This document shows, piece by piece, positions 1 to 12,092 of a stretch of 64,000 nucleotides of DNA. Position numbers and translations under genes: made by a program. Position 1 is the first letter of the stretch. Each line of letters starts with the position of its first letter. The DNA is taken from assembly GCF_006345805.1 (NCBI RefSeq), contig NC_043008.1:46128001-46192000 (forward strand), read 5' to 3'. Origin of the DNA: Octopus sinensis. Taxonomy: Eukaryota. The notes beneath the pieces are model-generated. The model saw only the letters and a list, made by a program, of their open reading frames with translations. It had not been told where the DNA came from and ran no database searches.

Positions 1-754
1 GACAGTTCTGATTTTAGAGAACAATGCAGTTGTCATTAAAATGGTTATTAAGAATTATGTGTTTATTAACAAGAATATTAAGATGCCTACGGAAATAATA
101 CACAGTAATTAGGTGTCTAAAAAGTGATTAAATTTCTGTATAATTGTCTGTTGTTGATTTTAGTTGTTTTTGGCTGTCGTCTCATAGAAACAAGGATTAA
201 TGTCATTAATGAGTTGTTTTTGAAAATAAACTTGAGACAAATCTCTACGGACATGACTGACTTTAGAAGCAAGGAGGATTAGGTTCATTTATAATTTAAT
301 AATTGTATCAATATTTATGTACATTGAATCTTTCTTCAAATTCATGCAAACATTGTTTACGTGAGAAATTATATATATTCCGTTGCTACTGAAATATTCT
401 ACACACCTTTATGCTTACATATTCACCACTTTACTTCTGTATTTACATCACTGTGAGCGAAACGTAAGGTAATCTCTCAAAAGTAACTCATAATAACACT
501 TTGATTCAATAACCGGGTTTTCCTATAATATTCATATTTATTTAATGTATGTTCATTATATAGAAACCTGAGGCTCCAATTATTCACAACAAGCTGAGTA
601 TTAGTAAAGGTGATTTTAGCAAGGCGATTTGTGATGTGCGACCGTCCTATAAATCACGCGCACGCGAGCATACACACATTTATATAATTATACTTACATA
701 TATGCAAACACACGCACACTATATAATATAAATGTGTATTTATGCATATTTGTA

Positions 755-760
<6 letters not shown>

Positions 761-807
<47 letters not shown>

Positions 808-827
808 ATATATATATATGTACGTAC
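761..827. repeat. (TA)n microsatellite
   Basis: Direct reading of the dinucleotide run. Confidence 0.95.
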
Positions 828-1270
828 CTACCTCTACATGTATGTATACACGCATATATGGGTACAGGACACCGAAAAAATGTCGAACACAATGAGAAAC
901 GAAAACATAAACACAAAACCAAGGAACTGGACATTTTTCATAAACAAGGAAAAATAGAGTACAGGACAAATAACACAAGGACAATTCCCCTTCTTCAGTC
1001 ACCATGGTTTCATCTACTCTGCGTTTCGAAGGTGAAGGCGATACGCATCTTCGATAGAAACTTTCCTTCCTGCGAAAAGCAAATTAAATAAAATTTGAGA
1101 TCTTTTTGCGGAGGGGTAAAAATGGTAACAAAAACAGGACAGTAACGACAGTACAAAATATAAACAGTAAAAGACAGGGCAAGGAGAATAACAAGACAAA
1201 AGAGCTGTTAAGCCGAACAGATGCATATGTTTTATTTATTAATTTATTATATATGTGTGTGTCTGTGTGT

Positions 1271-1516
1271 GGAGGCGCAATGGCCCAGTGGTTAGAGCAG
1301 CGGACTCGCAGTTGTAGGATAGCAGTTTCGATTCCCAGACCGAGCGTTGTGAGTGTTTATTGAGCGAGAAAACCTAGAGCTCACTCTTTCTTTTGTAGGC
1401 ATGCTCGCTTAGCCAGCGAAGTGGCGTCATTTGAAGGCTAAAACAATGCGAAGCGCATTGTGACCAGCGATGTGTAGCAACATCTGATAGCCTGGTCGGT
1501 CACGGCGATCACGGTG
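1271..1516 (+). mobile_element. tRNA-derived SINE (family A here)
   Basis: A-box TGGCCCAGTGG and B-box GTTTCGATTCC; the same head recurs at 28268 and 54769. Confidence 0.8.
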
Positions 1517-1556
1517 ATATATATGTGTGTATGTATGTATGTATATATATATATAT

Positions 1557-1765
1557 ATTTCTTTATTGCCCAAAAGGGGCTAAACATAGAGGGGACAAAT
1601 AGGGACAGACAAAGGGATTAAGTCGATTACATCGACCCCAGTGTGAAGTTGGTACTTTATCTATGGACCCCGAAAGGATGAATTTGAACTCAGAACGTAA
1701 CGATAGACGAAATACCGCTTAGCATTTCGCCCGGCGCGCGAACGCTTCTGCCAGCTCGCCGCCTT
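1557..1765 (-). mobile_element. tRNA-derived SINE (family B here)
   Basis: Reverse complement of the element at 19199-19430 (GGCGGCGAGCTGGC...GTTCTGAGTTCAAATT...TAGCCCC..GGGCAATAAAGAAATA). Confidence 0.8.
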
Positions 1766-1798
1766 CGTACATATATATATATATATATAATATATATA

Positions 1799-1869
<71 letters not shown>

Positions 1870-1878
1870 TATATATAA

Positions 1879-1942
<64 letters not shown>

Positions 1943-1944
<2 letters not shown>

Positions 1945-2127
1945 TTCCCCTGTCTTCCCTTCTCGGGATCTTTCCTTCTCCTATGTTTCCGACGAAGAGC
2001 TCCGCTCGAAACGTCAAGTCCTCCTTCATCCCTTCTTTCCTGAGCGTCCAATAATACTTTATTTGTTCCACGTCCTTGCGTTGTTGTTTTTTTTGGTTTT
2101 TGTTTTCTTGTTTGGATTAACTTTATA
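1943..2127 (+). mobile_element. Short (TA)n-embedded repeat (family D), probably PLE pLTR-derived
   Basis: Highly similar second copy at 27373-27550; both are flanked by (TA)n and contain a minimal HHR motif. Confidence 0.7.
1985..2019 (+). ncRNA. Minimal type I hammerhead ribozyme variant (U4C)
   Basis: GTTT-CCGACGA-A-GAGC-TCC-GCTC-GAA-ACGT-C-AAGT: helix II 4 bp, ACGU palindrome replacing helix III, GUC site; helix I weak in this copy. Confidence 0.55.
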
Positions 2128-2128
2128 C

Positions 2129-2178
<50 letters not shown>

Positions 2179-2191
2179 TATATATTATATA

Positions 2192-2299
<108 letters not shown>

Positions 2300-2313
2300 C
2301 ACATATATATATA

Positions 2314-3750
2314 CAGTGGCGGACAAAATGTTCAGAACGGCAGTGTTTTCGTCAGAAAAGTAGATATAATTTTTTATCAAACTTGTTTTATATTCTATAA
2401 TTTACACAGACAAAAACACGATATTATTTGCTATTGCCTGAGATTTTGGTGTAATTTCAGAGGATAATACAAAAGTTATGGATGGCCAAAATGATCAGAA
2501 CGGTTGCTTTTACTCCGTGTTTTAGTATATTTAACCGGCGAACTCTAACGTTTTGAATTTGTTTACGTGACGGTTCGTTTACTAAACATTACTAAGAATA
2601 TTTGCAGTGTACTTTGTTAATATATTGCCACTTACTCCGTTACCAATTCGTCAGCAGATTATTAAGCTTCGAAGGAAGGATAATTTAAGTATTGCAAAGA
2701 TTGTTAACAAGTCAAAAAGTGTTGTACACGGTATTCTTAAGGTCTACGATGATTGTGGTTCGTGTGAAGCAAGAAAGTTTACAGGTAGGCCAAGAAAAAC
2801 GATCAAGAGAGAAGATCGTGCTATGGTAAAGTTGGTTAAAAAGGACATATTTAAAACTGCTGCTGCTGTTTCTCGGAAAATGAGCATTGTATTGAAGAAA
2901 ACTTTATCTCGAAAAACTGTGTCTCGTCGTTTAGTTGAACATGACCTACAAGCAAGAGCACCTGCAGTGAAGCTACTGATCAGCTCCAAGAATAAAAAGT
3001 GTCGTCTTACCTTTGCAACCGAACATGTGTTGTGGTCTCAAGAAAAATGGCACCCGGTGCATTTCAGTGATGAATCTAAGTTTATGTTATTTGGCTCAGA
3101 TGGGAAAAGGTACGTTCGTAGAAATGTAGGTGAAAAATTGTCGCCTAAATGCCTTAAGACTAGTGTTAAATTCGGTGGAGGAAGTGTCATGGTTTGGGGG
3201 ATGATATCTGGAGATGGTGTGGGCCCTTTGGTGCGATTACATGGAAAGGTAAATGCAGGAGTTTTAAACAACTTGTAAAAGATCATGTCTTGCCTGTGCT
3301 GAGAAGTTCAACAAAGCGACCACCCATATTCATGCAGGACAATGCCCAATGTCACAAAGGCTAAGGTGGTCATGAACTTCCTCAAGGCTGAAAAGGTTAT
3401 TGTTATGGATTGGCCTGCTCAAAGCACAGATCTCAATCCTATTGAAAATGTATGGAATATTCTAGGAGAACGGCCAGACATCCTAAAACAACTGAGCAAT
3501 TATGGAATGCCCTTCAGGAAGAGTGGAATAAGATCACCCAGCAAGAAATTGAAAATTTAATTTCCTCATGCAGTCAAAGATGTCAGAATGTGATTGAAGC
3601 TAAAGGGCTTCAAACTAAATATTAAATAATTCCAGTATTCTCTGTCATTTTTGATTATTTTGGTTTTTTTTCAACCATTCTGATCATTTTGGCTGCCATA
3701 GGTTTTGCAGTAACTCACTATATCATCCATAACTTTTGTATTATCCTCTC
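2314..3750 (+). mobile_element. Tc1-family DNA transposon with IR/DR-type long TIRs; right TIR truncated
   Basis: TA|CAGTGGCGGACAAAATGTTCAGAACGG at the left end; inner repeat 2461-2510 is inverted at 3672-3750; transposase ORF lies between. Confidence 0.85.
2607..3625 (+). pseudogene. Tc1 transposase (DD34E), frameshifted
   Basis: FSDESKF, GGGSVMVWG, QDNA(QC)H...WPAQSTDLNPIENVW (34 residues D to E after correcting a 1-nt frameshift), ends GLQTKY*. Confidence 0.9.

Positions 3751-3751
<1 letters not shown>

Positions 3752-3813
<62 letters not shown>
3752..3813. repeat. (TA)n flanking the PLE (left)
   Basis: Direct reading; matching (TA)n at 10766-10811. Confidence 0.9.
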
Positions 3814-3821
<8 letters not shown>

Positions 3822-4025
3822 ACATTTCGGAATGGTCATATTGCCAGTTTAGCCAATAAAAACATACGCACTATATATTTGGTGTTATTTTGCTTCAGTG
3901 ATATTTATTTTTTACATTAATCTTAATCTTATTTCGGCCAAAGTTCTTTCGTCACACTCCTGTGACCGCATCAGTGGTCCTTTGTTTTCTTCTCACTTAC
4001 TTGTGTCTATCCTTACTAACCGTCA
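3814..4025 (-). repeat. Inverted partial pLTR at the PLE 5' end
   Basis: Reverse complement of pLTR sequence, including the HHR-like motif at ~3935-3980. Confidence 0.9.
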
Positions 4026-4031
4026 CAGGCA

Positions 4032-5482
4032 AGACCGCCTACAATTACTTCTATGGCTAGGAAGACACATATAGAAAGATGGCGCGGATGGACCAGAGCC
4101 ATACGGAGCCCCGCAAATGTCCATCAGGTAAAGAAAATGATCGCACATGCACTAGGAGCTAGTATAAGAGTTACCCTAAAAGGCCACACATTTAAATTTA
4201 ATAATAAAATATATGCCCAGGACGAGGGGGCAGCCATCGGTGTTAGTATCGCTGGTGATGTGGCCAACCTCTTCATGGTATGGTGGGACAGAAGGCTTAA
4301 AGAATGCCTACTGCAGAAATCCATACTCGTAAACATGTACTCTCGCTATGTTGATGATATCAATATAGTAGTAAAGGCACCCCCACAAGAGAGTACTGTT
4401 GATATAGTAATAGAAACTAATACTATGGAGAGCATCCAGCAAATAGCTAACTCCATCCACCAGAGTATTAAGGTCACAATAGACTACCCCACTAAACACC
4501 CCAACCATAGACTACCAGTACTAGACACTGAACTCTGGCTAGAAATTGTGAAAAATAAAACCCAAATCCTTCATTCATACTATGCAAAACCTATGGCCTC
4601 AAAATACCTGATCCACCGGAACTCAGCCATTGCGGGCAATGCCAAATTCAATATTTTGATGGCAGACCTCGTCAGAATAATGAGAAATGTGTCACGCATG
4701 TGCGAGCCTACAGAATTAAAGAGACACATACAGTACTTCATTCACCGCATGCAGTTCTCAGGTTACAGCCATAAAGAAAGGATCAGAGTATACAAAGGAG
4801 CCATGAAGTAATTTGATAATATATTATGTAATGATAGGAATGGGATTTGCCCACTCTATAGGAACAAGTCATGGAACACTATAGAAAGGACAAAAAAGAA
4901 AATAGGGAAGGCCAACTCTTGTATGATAGCCATAAATACCAGAGTGTCATGTTCGTTGACACCACCCCTGGAGGTGAACTAGCGTACCGCTTTAGAAGGA
5001 CCCTAGATAAACTTAAACTAAGAATTAAGGTTGTTGAAAAGCCAGGCAACCCTATCAGATCTATAATTGGTAGAAGCTATCCTTTTAGTAGAACTCTCTG
5101 TACGGATAACTATTGCACTGTATGTAGATTTAGCCCACAAACGAACTGTAAAGCCAGAAATGTGGTCTATAGTATAAGATGTATAGAGGGACGATGCAGT
5201 AACAAGACAGTAACATACGTAGGGGAAACTGCAAGAAGCATTGGTGAGTGGGTGAATGAACATTGGAGACAACTCAAGGAAGGTAAAAGCTCATCGATTC
5301 TGTACCAACACACCGAACAAGAACACGGGGGATCAATCAATAACATAGAGATTAAGATATTGTCCACACATAGAACAGATGCAACAATTAGACAAATTAC
5401 AGAAGCTACACATATAATAGAAAATAAACCTAGCCTGAATAGAAAACTAGAATGGAGCAATAGCGCACACCACAACATATGA
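4032..5482 (+). pseudogene. PLE RT C-terminal half + Cys linker + GIY-YIG endonuclease (5'-truncated copy)
   Basis: RPPTIT, YAQDEGAAIG...ANLFM, RYVDD, YYAKPMAS, PLYR, FVDTTPGGEL, CTDNYCTVC (Cx4Cx2C), NVVYSIRC...YVGETARS...NEH; in-frame TAA at 4809 and a 1-nt frameshift near 4920. Confidence 0.9.
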
Positions 5483-6213
5483 CAATAGTGGATCCTGCAA
5501 ACATAATAAATACACAGGTAATTAAAGAAATAGAAATGAATATCTATATATATGTATATGTGTATATATATGTATATGTATATTGTATATATGTGTGTGT
5601 ATATGTATATATATATATATGTATATATGTATGTGTATGTATATATATATATGTATATGTATATTCCTTTTTTTTTTTTTTCGATTAGATTTATTATTAT
5701 TACTATATTGTTGTTATACATACATACAAGCATATGTAATGATAATAATGGGTGGATGTAAACACATGAACAAAATTAGAACAAAAGCAAGAACAACAAA
5801 AACAAAATACAAATTACAAGAATGTATATAACCAGAAGATACAAATATTACAGGCATCCCCCCACACACACACTAAATAAACATAGACGCACATAGAGAT
5901 ATAAACATGCGCAAATGAAGACATACAATAGAAATATAAAATGGCTGACGGTTAGTAAGGAGAGACACAAGTAAGTGAGAAGAAAACAAAGGACCACTGA
6001 TGCGGTCACAGGAGTGTGACGAAAGAACTTTGGCCGAAATAAGATTAAGATTAATGTAAAAAATAAATATCACTGAAGCAAAATAACACCAAATATATAG
6101 TGCGTGTGTTTTTATTGGCTAAACTGGCAATATGACCATTCCGAAATATAACAATATCTGTTTCAACACACGACTTCACATAAAAAATCTTGCACAACAA
6201 ATATTTAAACGTA
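5483..6213 (+). repeat. PLE pseudo-LTR (upstream copy), containing an internal microsatellite, an HHR-like motif and the ORF start
   Basis: Directly repeated at 10042-10765. Confidence 0.85.
5991..6035 (+). ncRNA. Hammerhead-like motif, non-canonical core (CUGAUGCG)
   Basis: GGACCA-CTGATGCG-GTCACA-GGAG-TGTGAC-GAA-AGAACT-T-TGGCC; 6-bp helix II; located in the pLTR where PLE HHRs are expected. Confidence 0.5.
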
Positions 6214-9200
6214 CTAACGTGAGCCACAGCCAGGCTTGCAAGATGCTGAAGAACACTATTTTTGTTGCCTAAAGAAAACTGTGACAACGCAACAGCTTCG
6301 TTTTATAAAACAATGTGTCTCGTCCAGGATATGTATCAACAAGGTCACAGCCAACGTTAAACGGCTTGACCTCACTAACGGACAAGCGGAAGGACTAAAA
6401 AGGACGCTAATGGTAAATATTAGAAATAGAATATACAGAGAGCTGAGCGAACAAGAGAAGCGTAAACGTATATTTTTAAAAGAGATTAAAAGTATCACCA
6501 CACGAAAGGAGAAAACCTTAATAATGGATATAATATATGAAGAAAACAGACATGTAATACACCAATGCAATATCCATTTTAAGAGGAAGTTATCGTGGTT
6601 GAAACAGAAACGTCAATATGAGCTCGCAAAGGAAGAAAAGCAGAAGTATCCAGATACAATAAATGGAATTATTATGGAAGATGTGCTACTACCAGAAGAG
6701 TTCAATAAAGACAATGAAGCGAACATCTATGGGGGAGTAACAACGGACCCAGATGAAATATCGATACTTCAACTACCACCAAAGTATGCAGTGTATAGTA
6801 AAGTGAATACCATCAAATGCCTGTCCGAGATTGAAAAGTCGTTCACAAAAATACGTTGGAATTTAAATAGATACTATGACAACAACACTTGCGACAACAA
6901 CAACAACGCGAAAAACACTAACCGCAGCAACAACAACACAAACAATAATGACCGCAACAATAATAACCGTAGCAACAAAAGCAACACGAACCCTAACAGC
7001 GGCAACAACAACAACAACACGAACCCTAACAGCGACAACAACAATAACAATAGAAAAAATGTATGCATAGACACAAACAATAGATACAAAACACAAAAAC
7101 ACAAACAGAGAGAGAAAAATCGTATACAACAGCAACAACAACAACAATTATAGGAGAACCGACACACAAACACACACACAGATAGCCATAGTCACAAAGA
7201 CACGAATAAAAGTTGTGTCATAGGGGTCACGATGGAGAATAAAGTTGAATGCAACAGGATCCTTGGACAGGGAGTCAGTAGACTTGAAACAGATAACAAT
7301 ACTCATAGGAACAAAAATAACGACCGCAACAGGGGGATTGACAGGGACCAACAGACAGACATAAAACCAACACTAATATAAACAACACATATACCAGAAA
7401 CAGGAACAATGAATATATCACTAGCGTGATAGTAATAATGGCAATGGTAGGAATAAAGGTAATAACAATAATAGTGGTAGTAGTAGTGGTGATGGTAACA
7501 GTAGAAGTAGTAATGAGGATAGTAGTGATAGTTGTGGTGGTAATAGGAATACTAGTAGTAGTAGTAGTGGTAATGGTGATAATAATAATAGGAAGGCTGA
7601 TGTTGGAAACAGTAACGATAATGAAGGTAACCCTAGAGAGACCATTGACATGTATACCCATCTCTTTGACACTCAATTCTTCAACGTATGCGACAAAACT
7701 TACTGCATGAACCGAATTTATCCAACAACATTACCCTTCAACAAAAGAGTATACATCCCAAGACGTACTAATGACCATATGGAAGCACAGTTCACTATAG
7801 CTAGGACCAAACTTAGACAGATTTTAGGATTATACATTAAGAGACAGAGACAGAATAAGACAGATGCCCAACAACTCGGGATTAAACCTGCATGTGGCCT
7901 ACAGAAGCTCATTCAGCGCACGAGGAACGGAGAGGGGATATGCCTTCCCACAGATAAGTCCGGCAGGATGTCAATAGACAGCTTACCGAACTACATCCAG
8001 GCAATGCAACCTCATATCGCTAATACAAAAGTAACAACTGTACAGGTGCATGAGGAGAGAGAAAAGGTCCTCAATGCCCACATGATGATGTGGACAATTG
8101 TTCTGGGACCTCAGAAACGTACTGCAAAGAATTTCCAAGCCTGGAACAATGATATCCCGGCACTGTATGGACTTCGCAAGGACCATAAAGGTTTTACTGA
8201 CCCTATAGCAGGACCACCAACAAGACCAGTCTGTGGAGCGAATATCGCTAGCAATTACAGAATCTCCTACTTCCTCTCAATGATCATACGCCCTATAATC
8301 AGGATGTCACCTGATGTGTGTGACAGCACAGAAGATCTCCTAAGCAGGATCAGTGACTGTAACAAAACTTGTGACTTGACAGGATGTATAGTAGGTAGCA
8401 TGGATGTGGTATCCCTATACCCATCGATTGACGTAGATTTTGCAGTGGAGAAGTGCGTGGAGATGATCAACGAGAGCCAGGTGGAGTTCTGTAATGTCGA
8501 CACAGAAGAACTGGGCCTCCTACTTAGACTGACATATAATAGTGAATACTTAGATAAACATAATCTTAGTAGTTCTGCCCCAGTAGATGTTTAAGAGGTA
8601 GACCGCCTACAATTACTTCTATGGCTAGGAAGACACATATAGAAAGATGGCGCGGATGGACCAGAGCCATACGGAGCCCCGCAAATGTCCATCAGGTAAA
8701 GAAAATGATCGCACATGCACTAGGAGCTAGTATAAGAGTTACCCTAAAAGGCCACACATTTAAATTTAATAATAAAATATATGCCAGGACGAGGGGGCAG
8801 CCATCGGTGTTAGTATCGCTGGTGATGTGGCCAACCTCTTCATGGTATGGTGGGACAGAAGGCTTAAAGAATGCCTACTGCAGAAATCCATACTCGTAAA
8901 CATGTACTCTCGCTATGTTGATGATATCAATATAGTAGTAAAGGCACCCCCACAAGAGAGTACTGTTGATATAGTAATAGAAACTAATACTATGGAGAGC
9001 ATCCAGCAAATAGCTAACTCCATCCACCAGAGTATTAAGGTCACAATAGACTACCCCACTAAAAACCCCCAACCATAGACTACCAGTACTAGACACTGAA
9101 CTCTGGCTAGAAATTGTGAAAAATAAAACCCAAATCCTTCATTCATACTATGCAAAACCTATGGCCTCAAAATACCTGATCCACCGGAACTCAGCCATGC

Positions 9201-10041
9201 GGGCAATGCCAAATTCAATATTTTGATGGCAGACCTCGTCAGAATAATGAGAAAGTGTCACGCATGTGCGAGCCTACAGAATTAAAGAGACACATACAGT
9301 ACTTCATTCACCGCATGCAGTTCTCAGGTTACAGCATAAAGAAGGATCAGAGTATACAAAGGAGCCATGAAGTAATTTGATAATATATTATGTAATGATA
9401 GGAATGGGATTTGCCCACTCTATAGGAACAAGTCATGGAACACTATAGAAAGGACAAAAAAGAAAATAGGAAGGCCAACTCTTGGTATGATAGCCATAAA
9501 TACCAGAGTGTCATGTTCGTTGACACCACCCCTGGAGGTGAACTAGCGTACCGCTTTAGAAGGACCCTAGATAAACTTAAACTAAGAATTAAGGTTGTTG
9601 AAAAGCCAGGCAACCCTATCAGATCTATAATTGGTAGAAGCTATCCTTTTAGTAGAACTCTCTGTACGGATAACTATTGCACTGTATGTAGATTAGCCCA
9701 CAAACGAACTGTAAAGCCAGAAATGTGGTCTATAGTATAAGATGTATAGAGGGACGATGCAGTAACAAGACAGTAACATACGTAGGGGAAACTGCAAGAA
9801 GCATTGGTGAGTGGGTGAATGAACATTGGAGACAACTCAAGGAAGGTAAAAGCTCATCGATTCTGTACCAACACACCGAACAAGACACGGGGGATCAATC
9901 AATAACATAGAGATTAAGATATTGTCCACACATAGAACAGATGCAACAATAGACAAATTACAGAAGCTACACATATAATAGAAAATAAACCTAGCCTGAA
10001 TAGAAAACTAGAATGGAGCAATAGCGCACACCCACATATGA
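6132..10041 (+). pseudogene. Full-length PLE polyprotein (N-terminal domain, low-complexity linker, RT, GIY-YIG), many 1-nt frameshifts
   Basis: QLRFIKQC, LQLPPKYA..EIEKSFTKIRW, TLPFNKRVYIP, PTDKSG, LYGLRKDHK, TRPVCGA, SMDVVSLYPSI, FCPSR..GRPPTIT, RYVDD, YVGET; ORF-track pieces 6236-7153, 7650-8594, 8621-9910. Confidence 0.88.
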
Positions 10042-10762
10042 CAATAGTGGATCCTGCAAACATAATAATACACAGGTAATTAAAGAAATAGAATGAATAT
10101 CTATATATAGTATATGGTATATATATGTATATGTATGTGATATATGTGTGTGTATATGTATATATATATATATATGTATATGTATGTGTATGTATATATA
10201 TATATTGTATATGTATATTATTTTTTTTTTTTTTTCGATTAGATTTATTATTATTATTACTAATATTGTTGTTATACATACATACAAGCATATGTAATGA
10301 TAATAATGGGTGGATGTAAACACATGAACAAAATTAGAACAAAAGCAACAACAACAAAAACAAAATACAAATTACAAGAATGTATATAACCAGAAGATAA
10401 AATATTACAGGCATCCCCCCACACACACTAAATAAACATAGACGCACATAGAGATATAAACATGCGCAAATGAAGACATACAATAGAATATAAAATGGCT
10501 GACGGTTAGTAAGGAGAGACACAAGTAAGTGAGAAGAAAACAAAGGACCACTGATGCGGTCACAGGAGTGTGACGAAAGAACTTTGGCCGAAATAAGATT
10601 AAGTAATGTAAAAAATAAATATCACTGAAGCAAAATAACACCAAATATATAGTGCGTGTGTTTTTATTGGCTAAACTGGCAATATGACCATTCCGAAATA
10701 TTACAATATCTGTTTCAACACACGACTTCACATAAAAAATCTTGCACAACAAATATTTAAAC

Positions 10763-10765
<3 letters not shown>
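10042..10765 (+). repeat. PLE pseudo-LTR (downstream copy)
   Basis: Repeat of 5483-6213; ends within the ORF start (MTIPKYYNICFNTRLHIKNLAQQIFKR) at the (TA)n junction. Confidence 0.85.
10545..10589 (+). ncRNA. Hammerhead-like motif, non-canonical core (second pLTR copy)
   Basis: Identical to 5991-6035. Confidence 0.5.
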
Positions 10766-10811
<46 letters not shown>

Positions 10812-10812
<1 letters not shown>

Positions 10813-12092
10813 GACTGGGTGTTGAGGCAGTTACTCAACAAATCAAATGTGGACGTAATCTACCTTGATTTTTGACAAGGTGTATCATTGTATGTTATGC
10901 CACAAACTGCATGACTTCGGCATAGCTGGAAAACTTGGAGTGTGGTTACATGACTTCCTCAAAGATAGGAGTCAGGCAGTAGTGGTTAATGGAGCCACCT
11001 CTATGAACACACAAATAGTGAGCGGTGTTCCACAGGGTACTGTCTTGGGACCACTGCTTTTTATAGTGGCCCTCTCAGATATGCCCTCAAATTCCCGGAT
11101 AGCCACTCTGGCCAGCTATGCAGACGATACGAAAGTCTCGCAGAAAATACAGAACCCCAGCAATGTTGCACACCTGCAGCAGGAGTTGGACTCAATCTAC
11201 AGATGGGCTGAGGACAATAATATGCAGTTTAATGCTGAAAAATTCCAAGCCCTGCGCTACCAGCATCCAAAATTGAATATTAAACTTACAGGATACACCG
11301 GTCCACAAGGAATTTCAATCCCAGAGCCTAAGTCTGTGAGGGACCTGGTTATCGACATGAGTGATGATACCTCTTTCCAAGTGCACATTACCAGGATGGC
11401 GACAAAGTGCAGACGACTGGCTGGGTGGATCCTAAGAAAATTCAGAACCAGAGATAAGGAAACCATGATGGTCCTCTGGCGGACATTCGTCCTCAGCCAT
11501 CTGGATTACTGCTCACAGATATGGTCACCCACCAGTGTAAAATTAACAGCGGACCTTGAAGCAATCCAGAGAAATTTCACAAAGAAGATCGTCTCTTGGC
11601 AACAGCTCAGCTACTGGGAAATGTTGAAACAGCTAAGACTCTACTCACTGGAGAGAAGACAGTGAGGTATGCAGTAATATATGTCTGGAAGACCCTGGAA
11701 AGAATCGTGCCAAATTTTGGCATTGTAAGCTACACCAATGCTAGAACAGGACGACACTGCATAGTGCCAAAGATCCCAGAAATGCCATCATGTTTCAGGA
11801 CCAACTTCTGCAACAGCCTGGATCTCAAGGGTCCACAGCTTTTTAATATTCTCCCAAAGAGTCTGATGAACTCGCACAAAATAGATGTACCGGTTTTTAA
11901 ATCAAAGCTGGACATCTTCCTGTCAAGAGTCCCAGATGAACCTACCTCACGGCAAGAACTGCAAATGAGAGTAGCTATATCAAACTCCATTCTTCACCAA
12001 GTGCCACATATTAGAGGAGGTTCTTCGTAATAACAGTGAAGCACAAAACGGCGGTTCATCAGCATGGTCGCAGCTCTGAGCTGAAACTGGAG
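10812..12092 (+). mobile_element. 5'-truncated CR1-like LINE (RT C-terminus + 3' tail)
   Basis: VDVIYLDF/DKV.H, SGVPQGTVLGPLLF, YADDTK, LDYCSQIWSP, LYSLERR, GPQLFNILP, VPDEP, SNSILHQ; tail GGCGG..CAGCATGG.CGCAGCTC.GAGCTGAAACTGG. Confidence 0.85.

Larger units (their letters stand above)
3814..10765 (+). mobile_element. Penelope-like element, C-terminal EN+ type: inverted pLTR + 5'-truncated copy + full-length copy
   Basis: 3814-4025 is the reverse complement of ~5945-6155; ~4030-6213 is directly repeated at ~8598-10765; RT and GIY-YIG motifs are present; flanked by (TA)n on both sides. Confidence 0.92.

Noticed and set aside
848-1215. Possible HHR on the minus strand (CTGAAGA and CGAAACGC near 990-1060)
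   Set aside because: The core halves are in the wrong order or lack pairing helices. It is probably a decayed repeat that I could not classify.
4809-4811. Selenocysteine or readthrough recoding of the PLE internal stop
   Set aside because: The stop is TAA, not TGA, and a second lesion (R to W) accompanies it, so a simple nonsense mutation is more likely.
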